Origin: Candidatus Poribacteria bacterium
GTDB taxonomy: Bacteria; Poribacteria; WGA-4E; WGA-3G
Length of the DNA: 64,000 nt
Reading direction: 5' to 3'
NCBI GenBank assembly: GCA_963663765.2
Contig: CAXXUA010000004.1
Span: 832,001-896,000, forward strand
Shown: positions 19,299 through 29,167 of the stretch, piece after piece
Layout of the letters: each line of letters starts with the position of its first letter
How positions within the stretch are numbered: position 1 is the first letter of the stretch
The notes under the pieces: model-generated
The model's database searches: none
Seen by the model: the letters and a program-made list of their open reading frames with translations, nothing else
What the model was told of the DNA's origin: nothing
Program-made: the position numbers and the translations under genes

Positions 19299-20063
19299 CT
19301 ACATCACCATGCCACCGTCTACCTGTAATGTTTGACCTGTGATATAATTTGCGGCATCAGAAGCCAAAAAGCAGACAAGGTCTGCTACATCGTCTGGTGT
19401 ACCAAAGTCTTGCATTGGGATAAATTCAAGAAGTTTTTTTTGATATTCTTCCGGTATTTGTGCTGTCATGTCTGTTGTAATAAATCCAGGAGCGATCGCA
19501 TTTACGGTAATTCCCCGCGTACCTACTTCTTTCGCAGTGGTTTTTGTTAAACCTATGATACCGGCTTTCGCTGCAGCATAACTGGCTTGTCCCGGATTCC
19601 CCATCAACCCAATAACCGATGATATATTGATAATACGTCCACTTTTCTGTCGTATCATAGGACGTAGAACAGCACGCGTACAATACATTGTACCTGTCAA
19701 GTTAGTCTGTAGCACCGCATCCCAATCTTCATCTTTGAGACGCATCAGCAACATGTCGCGCGTAATTCCAGCGTTGTTTACCAGTATATCAATTTGTGAG
19801 AAAACTGAAATTGCTTCTTCAACCAACATTTCAACATCTTCTTTTTTTGATATATCCGCAGCCAAAGCACGCACCGAATAACCTTTATCTTTCAATTCAT
19901 CTTCAGTTTGTGAAACACTTTCTGTGGACCGTGAGCAGATAACGACATTTGCACCAACTTCACACAATCTTCCGGCGATAGCAGCTCCAATACCTCGCGA
20001 TGCACCTGTTACAATCGCAGTTTTCCCATGTAACATATCATCAACAAAAACTTTCTTTTCCAT
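19299..20063 (-). CDS. fabG: 3-oxoacyl-ACP reductase
   Basis: TGASRGIG, NNAGITRD and YAAAK. Confidence 0.95.
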   Translation of the reverse strand: MEKKVFVDDMLHGKTAIVTGASRGIGAAIAGRLCEVGANVVICSRSTESVSQTEDELKDKGYSVRALAADISKKEDVEMLVEEAISVFSQIDILVNNAGITRDMLLMRLKDEDWDAVLQTNLTGTMYCTRAVLRPMIRQKSGRIINISSVIGLMGNPGQASYAAAKAGIIGLTKTTAKEVGTRGITVNAIAPGFITTDMTAQIPEEYQKKLLEFIPMQDFGTPDDVADLVCFLASDAANYITGQTLQVDGGMVM

Positions 20064-21002
20064 CTATTCTCCATTGCCAAAGGTATCTGTAACATGCGAT
20101 AGTGATTCAACATCATCAACGTTGTAGGTGCTACTTTCTGGGAGTGTCCGTTTAACTAAACTAGACAATACCTTACCCGGTCCTACTTCAATAAAATCCA
20201 TTATGCCTTGGTTTTCAATTGTGTTTAACGTTTTTTCCCATTGAACAGGTTTTGTTATTTGTTGAAACAGTAATTCCTTGATGTCCTTCAAATCAGTGAC
20301 TGTCTCACCTGTTACATTCATAACTATATCAATCTGAGGGGGATGAACAACGACAGTTTCAAGAACATCTTGAAACTTTTCCTGCGCAGATGACATCAAA
20401 GGAGAATGAAAAGCACCACTTACTGGTAAAGCACGACATCTTCTTGCACCAATTTCTGCCGAAGCAAGTGTGATTACATCGTCAACTGCGTCAACTCCTC
20501 CTGAAATTACCAACTGGCCAGGACAGTTGTAATTTGCAATTCCTACCACACCGTCAACTTTCTGACAGATATGCTCAAGTTGTTCAACGTCCATACCAAG
20601 TATAGCAGCCATGCTACCGTCATGTTCCTCACCTGCTTGAGCCATTAACTGAGCGCGTGCATTCACTAATCTTAACGCATCCCTAAACATAAGCACACCT
20701 GATGCTACAAGTGCGGAATACTCCCCTAAACTATGTCCGGCAACAATCTTCGGAATAATTCCCAATTGTGTAAGTATTTTCAGGGTCGCTATACTACTTG
20801 TCAATATAGCAAGTTGGGTGTTTTCTGTCTGTTTTAATGCTGCTTCTGGTCCCTCAAAACAGAGGCTGCTCAAAGATCTATTTAAAAAGTCATCTGCTGC
20901 ATCAAAAACGGCTTTAGCAACAGGATAACCTTGACTTAACGCTGCTCCCATCCCAACGGATTGAGAACCTTGTCCTGGAAAAATAAAGGCAATTTGTGTC
21001 AT
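20064..21002 (-). CDS. fabD: Malonyl-CoA:ACP transacylase
   Basis: FPGQGSQ, GHSLGEY and SGAFHS. Confidence 0.96.
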   Translation of the reverse strand: MTQIAFIFPGQGSQSVGMGAALSQGYPVAKAVFDAADDFLNRSLSSLCFEGPEAALKQTENTQLAILTSSIATLKILTQLGIIPKIVAGHSLGEYSALVASGVLMFRDALRLVNARAQLMAQAGEEHDGSMAAILGMDVEQLEHICQKVDGVVGIANYNCPGQLVISGGVDAVDDVITLASAEIGARRCRALPVSGAFHSPLMSSAQEKFQDVLETVVVHPPQIDIVMNVTGETVTDLKDIKELLFQQITKPVQWEKTLNTIENQGIMDFIEVGPGKVLSSLVKRTLPESSTYNVDDVESLSHVTDTFGNGE

Positions 21003-21992
21003 CTATAAACGTAATAGCGTACTACCCCAAGTCAAACCTGCACCAAATGTTACAAGCAAAATAAGATCACCAGGCTTCGCAGTACCATCCCGAATGGCTT
21101 CATCCAATGCAATGATTACCGTGGCTGCTGATGTATTCCCATACTTGTCAACATTCACATACACTTTTTCACGAGGTACTCCCAAACGATGTCCGACTGC
21201 TTCAATAATACGCAAGTTCGCTTGATGCGGGATTAACAAGTCAATTTCATCTACACTAACATCCGCTTTCTTTAATGCACGTTCTGCAGCTTCAGGCATC
21301 AGACGTACACCTAACTTGAAGACTTCACGACCATTCATCTGAATCTTGTTTAGACTTTGGTCTATTGCATCTGTGGTTATAGGCATTCTTGATCCACCAG
21401 CGGGGATACCCAGCAAATTAATATCTGCATAGTCCCCATCTGAACCAATATATGATGAAATTATCCCTTTTGGTTCTTCAGTCGCTTGTACAACTGCAGC
21501 ACCAGCACCATCGCCAAAAAGGACGCACGTGTTTCTATCTTGCCAATCAACTATGTTATTAAATACTTCACCACCAACAACCAGTATAGTATCATACTGA
21601 CCAGAGACAATCAATCCATTTGCCAAGTCAAGACCGTATAAGAATCCTGCACATGCTGCTGATATATCCATAGCAGCAGCATTTTTTGAGCCTATACCTT
21701 TTTGAACATAACATGCGGTTGAGGGAAATACTGTATCCGGGGTAACTGTCGCAACGAGAATCATCTGAATATCAAGTGGGTCAATTTGGGCATGTTTTAT
21801 TGCCAATCGTGATGCTTGCACACTAAGGTCTGAAGTCGCAATATCATTGTCAGCAATTCGTCGCTCAACAATACCTGTGCGTTGTTGTATCCATTCATCA
21901 CTCGTATTCACCATCTTTTCAAGATCATGATTGGTTAAAACGGTTTCGGGGAGATAAGAACCTGTTCCAGTGATTGCTGCATATCGATCCAT
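21003..21992 (-). CDS. fabH: Beta-ketoacyl-ACP synthase III (start MDRYAAIT)
   Basis: AACAGF, FGDGAGA, PHQAN and YGNTSAA. Confidence 0.95.
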   Translation of the reverse strand: MDRYAAITGTGSYLPETVLTNHDLEKMVNTSDEWIQQRTGIVERRIADNDIATSDLSVQASRLAIKHAQIDPLDIQMILVATVTPDTVFPSTACYVQKGIGSKNAAAMDISAACAGFLYGLDLANGLIVSGQYDTILVVGGEVFNNIVDWQDRNTCVLFGDGAGAAVVQATEEPKGIISSYIGSDGDYADINLLGIPAGGSRMPITTDAIDQSLNKIQMNGREVFKLGVRLMPEAAERALKKADVSVDEIDLLIPHQANLRIIEAVGHRLGVPREKVYVNVDKYGNTSAATVIIALDEAIRDGTAKPGDLILLVTFGAGLTWGSTLLRL

Positions 21993-22091
21993 GCTGAAGA
22001 ATCCTTTAATTTGCCGATTTCGCAAATTCATCACATCTGATAAATGTGTGTTATTGTAAATCAATGAGAAATGAAACGTTGAGGTATTTAC

Positions 22092-22277
22092 CTACGCTTC
22101 TTCTGTAGACTTAAACACCGACTGTCCTTTATAATGTCCGCAATGTTTGCAGACTCGGTGTGAAACCATTATTTCTCCACAATATGAGCAATCGGTAACT
22201 TCTTGACTCCGCAATGCATGATGACTTCTTCGCATTCTTTTTTTTGATTTTGATGTTTTACGCTTTGGATGTGCCAT
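22092..22277 (-). CDS. rpmF: 50S ribosomal protein L32
   Basis: [19 protein letters not shown] and a CxxC...HRVCxxCG zinc ribbon. Confidence 0.96.
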   Translation of the reverse strand: MAHPKRKTSKSKKRMRRSHHALRSQEVTDCSYCGEIMVSHRVCKHCGHYKGQSVFKSTEEA

Positions 22278-22881
22278 TTTGTGATTTTAACTCCTTACGT
22301 GTTTGTTGCTCTAATTTCTCGTCTGACTTTGCTGCATCTAACAATTGTGCCAAATCTGCAAAAGGTGAATGTGTATCATAATCCGTTTCTTCAACATCTT
22401 CAGTCACATCACAAATGCAGTCTTTATCATTCAAATTTGTTCCGCACACAGCACATAATCCCTCACATTCTTCAGTACAGAGGGACCATATAGGTATCTG
22501 GATTACTAATGCACGTCTTGTATCTTCAGATAAATCAATAGTCTCACCGTCATAGTAACGCTCTTCATCCTCCGAAGCAAATGCATCCTTATCTTCATCA
22601 TTGATATCAGGTGTGAATTGCACTTCAAAAAATGTCTCTATGTCCATTTGGAACATCTCAAGACATCTACCGCACTGCAACTCAATAACCGTGGAAACTT
22701 CAGCTTTGACGTAGATGCTTTCTTCGCTGTGTCTTAGCAATTCCACTGTGCAGAATACAGGACTAATAAACTGTACTTCCTCAAAATCCAGATCAATTCG
22801 TGCTGCGGCGACTTCCAATTCGTGCTTGTTAAAGACACCGTCCTGAATTTTTCTTGCGTCAAAAACCAACGTATTTTTCAT
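22258..22881 (-). CDS. yceD: DUF177/YceD-family protein
   Basis: CGRCL and [14 protein letters not shown], immediately upstream of rpmF. Confidence 0.85.
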   Translation of the reverse strand: MKNTLVFDARKIQDGVFNKHELEVAAARIDLDFEEVQFISPVFCTVELLRHSEESIYVKAEVSTVIELQCGRCLEMFQMDIETFFEVQFTPDINDEDKDAFASEDEERYYDGETIDLSEDTRRALVIQIPIWSLCTEECEGLCAVCGTNLNDKDCICDVTEDVEETDYDTHSPFADLAQLLDAAKSDEKLEQQTRKELKSQNGTSKA

Positions 22882-22897
22882 CGTTTTGACTATAAGA

Positions 22898-24220
22898 TCA
22901 AAAATCTACTTCATCTTCAATTCTAATGAATTTCGCATCACCTTTAACAACATCAAGTCTATATATTTCAGAAAGCGCAACTTTCAAATCTCTTTCACGA
23001 GCTTGATGTGTTACCATTACTAAGGAAACTGTTTCTGTGCAGTGAGGTTCTTTTTGAATAACTGAGGAAACACTAATATTATTGTTTCCTAATATGCTGC
23101 CAATACTCGCTAAAACGCCAGGACGATCAATTACTACAAAACGAAGATAGTATCGTGTTCCTATGTCGTCAATAGGACAAACTCCTATTTCCGTTTTTGA
23201 TTCAGCAGACCATGCATGGGATATTGGTGAGCTTACGCCTCGTTGTATAGATTTAGCAGCATCAATAATGTCAGCAACAACCGCACTCGCAGTCGGCATC
23301 TCTCCAGCTCCCTGACCATAAAATAGTGTTGGACCAACTGCTGAACCAATCACACACACAGCATTATACGCTCCACCAACATTGGCTAATAAACTACGTT
23401 CAGAAAGTAGAGTCGGATGCACCCGAGCTTCAACACGATTGTCATCGGTTAACTTCGCAATAGCAAGCAGCTTAATCACATATCCAAGCTCACGCGCATA
23501 TTGTATCTCTTGCTGTGAAATATCTGTAATACCTTCAACATGGAACTGGTCTACAGAGATATTTACCCCATAAGCAAGGGCAATGAGAAGTGTAAGTTTC
23601 TGGGCAGCGTCAATCCCTTCAACATCAAGGGTTGGGTCTGCCTCTGCAAAACCTTTGTCTTGTGCAACTTTGAGTATCTCACCAAAATCTACACCACGTT
23701 CATGCATCTCTGTAAGCATGTAATTACATGTACCATTGACAATACCATAGATAGACTGAATTTGATTAGCAGTAAAACTCTCCTGTAAGGTTTTGATTAT
23801 CGGGATACCACCCGCAGTACTCGCTTCAAAATTGAGACTAACACGATGCTTTTGTGCTAACTGAAATAGTTCGCTACCATGTTCCGCTAATAAGGCTTTG
23901 TTTGCAGTTACAACGTGCTTACCATTTTTGATTGCACGTGAAATCAGTGAATGTGCTTCTGAAACACCACCAATCAACTCAACCACTATATCAATCTCAG
24001 GATTGTCAACAACGTCAGATGGGTCAGAGGTTAAACTATCTGATGGTAATTCTATACCTTCACGTTTTGCTGGAAGTGTTCGTTTAACAACCTTTTTAAG
24101 ACATAATTGGACACTACTGTTCTTGGATATGAGTGCATTCTGGTTAACCAAGATTTTGGAAACACCAGTACCCACAGTACCCCAACCTAAAATGCCAACA
24201 TTGATACACGATTTATCCAC
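22898..24220 (-). CDS. hom: Homoserine dehydrogenase with an ACT domain
   Basis: [32 protein letters not shown] and DRPGVLA. Confidence 0.95.
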   Translation of the reverse strand: MDKSCINVGILGWGTVGTGVSKILVNQNALISKNSSVQLCLKKVVKRTLPAKREGIELPSDSLTSDPSDVVDNPEIDIVVELIGGVSEAHSLISRAIKNGKHVVTANKALLAEHGSELFQLAQKHRVSLNFEASTAGGIPIIKTLQESFTANQIQSIYGIVNGTCNYMLTEMHERGVDFGEILKVAQDKGFAEADPTLDVEGIDAAQKLTLLIALAYGVNISVDQFHVEGITDISQQEIQYARELGYVIKLLAIAKLTDDNRVEARVHPTLLSERSLLANVGGAYNAVCVIGSAVGPTLFYGQGAGEMPTASAVVADIIDAAKSIQRGVSSPISHAWSAESKTEIGVCPIDDIGTRYYLRFVVIDRPGVLASIGSILGNNNISVSSVIQKEPHCTETVSLVMVTHQARERDLKVALSEIYRLDVVKGDAKFIRIEDEVDF

Positions 24221-24307
24221 GACTATAAATGCCTTTTTCTTAATGAACTATTTAACAAAATCGGTGCTGTGAATTGTCATAACAACCTACCACAACACAC
24301 AAAAACA

Positions 24308-24381
24308 TCGGGGCGACTGGATTCGAACCAGCGACCTCTTGAACCCCATTCAAGCGCGCTTCCGGGCTGCGCCACGCCCCG
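24308..24381 (-). tRNA. tRNA-Pro (GGG), CCA not encoded
   Basis: Minus strand reads CGGGGCGTGGCGCAGCCCGGAAGCGCG-CTTGA-ATGGGGT-TCAAG-AGGTCGCTGGTTCGAATCCAGTCGCCCCGA. Confidence 0.95.
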
Positions 24382-24405
24382 AAAAAAATGTAATTTTACC
24401 CTATT

Positions 24406-24434
24406 ATATTACTACAATTAAGCAAAAATGTCAA
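24406..24434 (-). promoter_or_regulatory. Sigma70-type promoter of tRNA-Pro
   Basis: TTGACA-N17-TAATAT about 25 bp upstream of the tRNA. Confidence 0.6.
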
Positions 24435-24442
24435 GTTAAAAT

Positions 24443-24613
24443 GGGTGTGTAAAGTTTTTGGCTTATGCCTGAATCAGGATTATTAGGATTATCAAATTTA
24501 TAGGAGAAGAGCTTGGATCAACAAGGGACAATCCATGTCTCAGGCTTCAATCCTGGCAATCTGATAATCCTGAAAATCCTGGTTCAGACAAGTGAAAAAG
24601 CAATTCACACCCC
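24443..24613. mobile_element. MITE with ISKra4-like ends and an internal CAGGATT/AATCCTG hairpin
   Basis: GGGTGTGTAAAGTTTTT...AATTCACACCC. The inner IR is related to 43462-43645. Confidence 0.6.
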
Positions 24614-24629
24614 AAAACAACCAAAAATC

Positions 24630-24658
24630 TTGATTTTTCAATATTGATAACGTATACT
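24630..24658 (+). promoter_or_regulatory. Possible sigma70 promoter of recG
   Basis: TTGATT-N17-TATACT upstream of the ATG at 24715. Confidence 0.4.
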
Positions 24659-24714
24659 ATTTATACAATCTATTGCATTTATTCTATAGTTATTATCATA
24701 AAAAAAGGCAGAGA

Positions 24715-27477
24715 ATGAAAGACTTCAAACAGGTATTAACAACACTCAGTCGTCCATTCCAGCAAGAGATACGCAAAGGCTGCAATGACGATGTTGTGGT
24801 AAACGGTATGGCGGCATATGTACAACTTTGGGTTGAAAATGGACACAAACTCAATCTCACATCCAATCAGACGAACTTTCTAAACCAAATCGCAGACCAT
24901 TTCAAAAACTATCCCAACATGACCCCAACTGAACGACAAAAAATTATTCAAGACACATCAAAACAGATTGATACAGCACTTTCTGGAAACGAAATTATCA
25001 ATGAATCAAAACAAATCAACACGAATACACAAACACCCCAATTTGGTAAGGATGAGGGATACAAAAAGTCTACACCTGCATCACAAAAACAGGTTGAGAA
25101 CTTACCACTATTCAAAGATTCTAATGTCAAAAATAAAACCATTCCAACTACTGATGATATACAGATACCTAAAAAACAACCCACAGAAAGACAAGATGTT
25201 CCTATTGACACATACGACTCTCCCTTTGATAAGACTAAAAAACAAAAGTATGTTGAAAACAAAAACGAGACCGATGAAATACCTGTAGTTATAGGGGACA
25301 CACCTGTATCCACTGAAATAGAAAAGCTTGATTTTTTGGGTAACCCTATACAATTTATTAAAGGTATCGGTCCCAGACGTGCTGAGGTAATTACTGAAGA
25401 AATTAGTATCCACTCTGTAGGTGGTCTGTTGGAATACTACCCACGCGATTACATTGACAGATCTAAGACAGTTGAAATCTACAATGTCGGTCGAACAGAG
25501 AATGGCGATCCAGAAACAATACAGGGTAGAGTAGTAAATCATGTAACTACACCACCAGTTGCAAAAGGTCGTAAGGCAATCGGTAAAGTTGCTATTTACG
25601 ATGGCACTGGGGTCGCTATATTAGTCAATTTCGGAAGACGTATCGGGTATATAAAGTCTATCCTTCCAACCGACACCGAAGTCGTAATTAGCGGTAAATT
25701 CACCAGACGATACAACGAAACACAAACAGCAGACTATGAGTTTGAAATCTTTGACGAAGAAAACCTTATCCACACAAAACGAATCGTCCCAAAGTACCCA
25801 CTGACTGCAAAACTAACAGCGAAGATGATTCGCACGGCAATACGAAACGCATTGGATGAATATGGGGACAAAATACCTGAAATCCTACCTCTCCAAATAC
25901 GCAAAAAGCATCAACTTATTGAGAAACAACAGGCAATTAACGAAATCCATTTTCCTACATCTGAAGCACATCGGCAGGCAGCACAGAAACGACTTGCTTT
26001 TGATGAGTTTTTCCTGTTGAGCCTTGGTATGGAGATGCGAAAAGACACTCGCACCTCACAAAACGGTATACAGTTTCAAATTGAGATTATACTCCAAGAT
26101 AATAACTCACTCCTCAGACAGTTTATTACGTCATTGCCATTTGAATTAACTAACGCACAAAAAAAGGTCTTCACAGAAATCAAGGAAGACATGCAATCTC
26201 ACCGTGTCATGAACAGACTGATACAAGGGGATGTCGGATCGGGTAAGACCGCAGTGGCAGCAATGGCACTATTATGTGCTATTCAAAACGGTTACCAAGG
26301 TGCAATGATGGTACCAACCGAAATTCTTGCTGAACAACATTATCAAAATCTATCTGCACTACTGGCACCCCTTGGTGTTAATGTGGTGATACTCAAAAGT
26401 GATTTACCGAAGTCTGAACGAGAACAAGCACTCACATCAATTTCCGATGGAAAAGCAAACCTAATCGTTGGCACACAAGCACTTATACAGGAGGGTGTGG
26501 ATTTCAACAAGCTTGGTCTCGTCATCATTGATGAACAACATCGGTTCGGTGTGATGCAACGGGCTACACTTATGGGCAAAGCAAATACATCTTCAAGTGC
26601 AAAAAGCAACAATACTGATTCCCAACTTGTTCCGGATGTACTGGTAATGACAGCAACTCCGATACCCAGAACCTTATCTTTGACAATCTATGGTGATCTC
26701 AACATTTCAGTGATTGACGAGTTACCCCCGGGAAGACAGAAGATTGAAACACGATGGGTAAAAGAGAAGGACAGAACAGAATTGTACGCAAAAATCAAGC
26801 AAGAAATTCGAAAAGGTAGACAAGCTTATATCGTATATCCACTTGTAGAGGAATCGGAGAAACTTGAGGAATTGAAAGCAGCAACGAGCATGGCTGAACA
26901 TATACAAAAAGATGTTTTTCCTAAGCTTCGTGTCGGTTTATTACACGGACAGATGAAATCCATAGAAAAACAGGAAATAATGAAACAATTTAACGCACAA
27001 CAACTGGATATTCTGGTCGCTACAACAGTCATTGAGGTGGGGATTGATGTGCCAAATGCAACATTGATGGTGATTGAAAACGCCGAAAGGTTTGGATTAG
27101 CGCAGCTGCATCAACTACGAGGGAGAGTCGGGAGAGGCAGCGATAAGTCTTACTGCTATCTGGTTGCAACACCAAGAACGGATGATTCTTATCGTCGTAT
27201 CAGGGTAATGGAACGTTCCAATAACGGATTTGACATAGCAGAAGAAGACCTTAACATCCGCGGTCCGGGTGAATTTTTCGGGACGAGACAATCGGGAATT
27301 CCCAAATTCAAAATTGCTAACATCATCAGCGATGCAACACTCTTGGAAACTGCAAAAAAAGAAGCAACCTTATTGATAAAAGACGACCCACAACTAAATG
27401 CACCTGAACACCAATTGATGAAACGTATGCTAAATGCACACTGGAAAGGACACTTGGAAATCGCTTCAGTCGGTTAA
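24715..27477 (+). CDS. recG: ATP-dependent DNA helicase RecG with a long N-terminal extension
   Basis: QGDVGSGKT, DEQHRFG, MTATPIPRT, AERFGLAQLHQLRGRVGRG and RGPGEFFGTRQSG. Confidence 0.95.
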   Translation: MKDFKQVLTTLSRPFQQEIRKGCNDDVVVNGMAAYVQLWVENGHKLNLTSNQTNFLNQIADHFKNYPNMTPTERQKIIQDTSKQIDTALSGNEIINESKQINTNTQTPQFGKDEGYKKSTPASQKQVENLPLFKDSNVKNKTIPTTDDIQIPKKQPTERQDVPIDTYDSPFDKTKKQKYVENKNETDEIPVVIGDTPVSTEIEKLDFLGNPIQFIKGIGPRRAEVITEEISIHSVGGLLEYYPRDYIDRSKTVEIYNVGRTENGDPETIQGRVVNHVTTPPVAKGRKAIGKVAIYDGTGVAILVNFGRRIGYIKSILPTDTEVVISGKFTRRYNETQTADYEFEIFDEENLIHTKRIVPKYPLTAKLTAKMIRTAIRNALDEYGDKIPEILPLQIRKKHQLIEKQQAINEIHFPTSEAHRQAAQKRLAFDEFFLLSLGMEMRKDTRTSQNGIQFQIEIILQDNNSLLRQFITSLPFELTNAQKKVFTEIKEDMQSHRVMNRLIQGDVGSGKTAVAAMALLCAIQNGYQGAMMVPTEILAEQHYQNLSALLAPLGVNVVILKSDLPKSEREQALTSISDGKANLIVGTQALIQEGVDFNKLGLVIIDEQHRFGVMQRATLMGKANTSSSAKSNNTDSQLVPDVLVMTATPIPRTLSLTIYGDLNISVIDELPPGRQKIETRWVKEKDRTELYAKIKQEIRKGRQAYIVYPLVEESEKLEELKAATSMAEHIQKDVFPKLRVGLLHGQMKSIEKQEIMKQFNAQQLDILVATTVIEVGIDVPNATLMVIENAERFGLAQLHQLRGRVGRGSDKSYCYLVATPRTDDSYRRIRVMERSNNGFDIAEEDLNIRGPGEFFGTRQSGIPKFKIANIISDATLLETAKKEATLLIKDDPQLNAPEHQLMKRMLNAHWKGHLEIASVG

Positions 27478-27515
27478 TCTATTCGCGGTAAGGCTGCACT
27501 GAACAGAATGTCGGA

Positions 27516-28223
27516 CTATTTCTCTTCCTTTAACCGATAACCAACACCGTAAACCGTTTCAATGTGTGCTCCCAAATCACCCAGTTTACGTCTGAGACGA
27601 CTTACATGCGTATCCACTGTCCTATCAATACCGTAATACTCCTGCCCCCAAATCACATCCATCAGGATATCGCGAGAGAAAACACGACCTGGTGAACGCG
27701 CAAACAGTGTGATAATTTTGAACTCTGTCGCAGTCAGTTCAATTGCACCATCTTCAGTCAAGACCTGATGTCTATCCAGATCAATTACAACCCCGTGTGT
27801 CTCTATCTGGTTTTCTTCATCTGGTTCGTTGCCAGCTTTCAGTCTTCGCAGCACTGCATTGATCCGTAGTACCACCTCGCGCGGACTAAAAGGTTTGGTA
27901 ATATAATCATCTGCACCGAGCTCAAGTCCAGTCACCCGATCACTCTCATCAGTCTTAGCCGTTAGCATCACTATAGGGATTTTTTTCGTGCGGGGGTCGT
28001 TCTTCAGCAGTCTACATACGATTAAACCATCCACTTCTGGCAGCATCAGGTCTAACAAAATAAGGTCGGGGGGATTATCTATTGCTTTTTGTAGTGCATC
28101 AGCACCATTTCGAACAGTATCTACTTCAAAGTCTTCCTGTTTCAGGTTATATTTCAACAACTCTACAATATCGCGTTCATCCTCTACAATCAATATTTTC
28201 GCTTCCATCAGATTTCCTTGCAT
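27516..28223 (-). CDS. OmpR/PhoB-family response regulator
   Basis: IVEDE, LLDLMLP, GADDYITKPFS and RTVDTHVSRLRRKL. No cognate kinase is adjacent. Confidence 0.9.
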   Translation of the reverse strand: MQGNLMEAKILIVEDERDIVELLKYNLKQEDFEVDTVRNGADALQKAIDNPPDLILLDLMLPEVDGLIVCRLLKNDPRTKKIPIVMLTAKTDESDRVTGLELGADDYITKPFSPREVVLRINAVLRRLKAGNEPDEENQIETHGVVIDLDRHQVLTEDGAIELTATEFKIITLFARSPGRVFSRDILMDVIWGQEYYGIDRTVDTHVSRLRRKLGDLGAHIETVYGVGYRLKEEK

Positions 28224-28374
28224 TTTGCGTTAAATATATAGGCTTAAAATCGTAAGAATCATGTGGTAACTTTTAAGATATTTTAACACATAAATGCTGA
28301 AAAAAATAGGAAATTAATTGCTGATTTGTATAATCTCTAATGATGAACGTTGGGCATACTTTTTGTTTCCTCCT

Positions 28375-29100
28375 TTATGGGGGTGTGAGACCTAAAAACT
28401 TGTATGGATCAACGCCCCCATCTTCGTAAGTTATGAGTTTGATGTCTGGTGGGATGTCTGCCTCGGTTAGAAAGTCATCTTCACCTCTATGTAACTTCGC
28501 TTCTCTGATAGCGTTCAAGCGAGCACCATCATCTGGATGACCTGTCGTTCCTGCAATATATCTATATTCGCCCATCGGTGTATTTTCTGTTTCCCATCGA
28601 ACATAGCAAATACCTTTAATAATTGGATATACCTTGCCATATTTCATACCAGCACCCTCCACGTCTATACCTTCCCAGCGTAGTTTTATCCGTACACGTT
28701 TGAGCAGTTCATGATTAGCAGATAAGTTATTCCATGTTCTCTCAGGAGTGCCTCGCCATCCAGGTGGTAAAGGTGGATAGGGACCAAATCCAAAAGGAGA
28801 AACAGGAACATCTGCGTCGGTATTATCCAGCTGATCTGCTGTTTGCGGCTTTTTCTCTTCTATATTCTCTGAAATAGCATTACTATCAACAACTTCATCA
28901 TTTGCAGATTCAACCATTTTGGGTGTATCTGCTTCTTTCTGAGCTGCTTCCAATTGACGACGCTTTTCAGCAGATTCATCTACCGCTTTTTTGTTAGGTG
29001 CAAGTTCATGATGAGACCAGAAAATGCCCCCAAATACAAAAACAATCAACACAACGCATGCACCAATAAACCACTTGTCGGTCAAAATTGAACGTAGCAT
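28375..29100 (-). CDS. Uncharacterised N-terminally membrane-anchored protein, paralog A4
   Basis: TM segment and VPVSPFGFGPYPPLPPGW motif. One of four paralogs. Confidence 0.85.
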   Translation of the reverse strand: MLRSILTDKWFIGACVVLIVFVFGGIFWSHHELAPNKKAVDESAEKRRQLEAAQKEADTPKMVESANDEVVDSNAISENIEEKKPQTADQLDNTDADVPVSPFGFGPYPPLPPGWRGTPERTWNNLSANHELLKRVRIKLRWEGIDVEGAGMKYGKVYPIIKGICYVRWETENTPMGEYRYIAGTTGHPDDGARLNAIREAKLHRGEDDFLTEADIPPDIKLITYEDGGVDPYKFLGLTPP

Positions 29101-29113
29101 TTAGATAACCTCC

Positions 29114-29151
29114 AACACAGTGAGGTAACCATAAGGTTACCTCACTGTGTT
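29114..29151. terminator. Perfect hairpin after gene B, abutting the A4 RBS
   Basis: AACACAGTGAGGTAACC-ATAA-GGTTACCTCACTGTGTT, a 17-bp stem. Confidence 0.6.
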
Positions 29152-29167
29152 AAGACAGACTTGTATG

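Noticed and set aside
24308-24381. tRNA-Pro as the integration site of an island
   Set aside because: No integrase or duplicated tRNA 3' end was seen, and the flanks are housekeeping genes (hom, recG).
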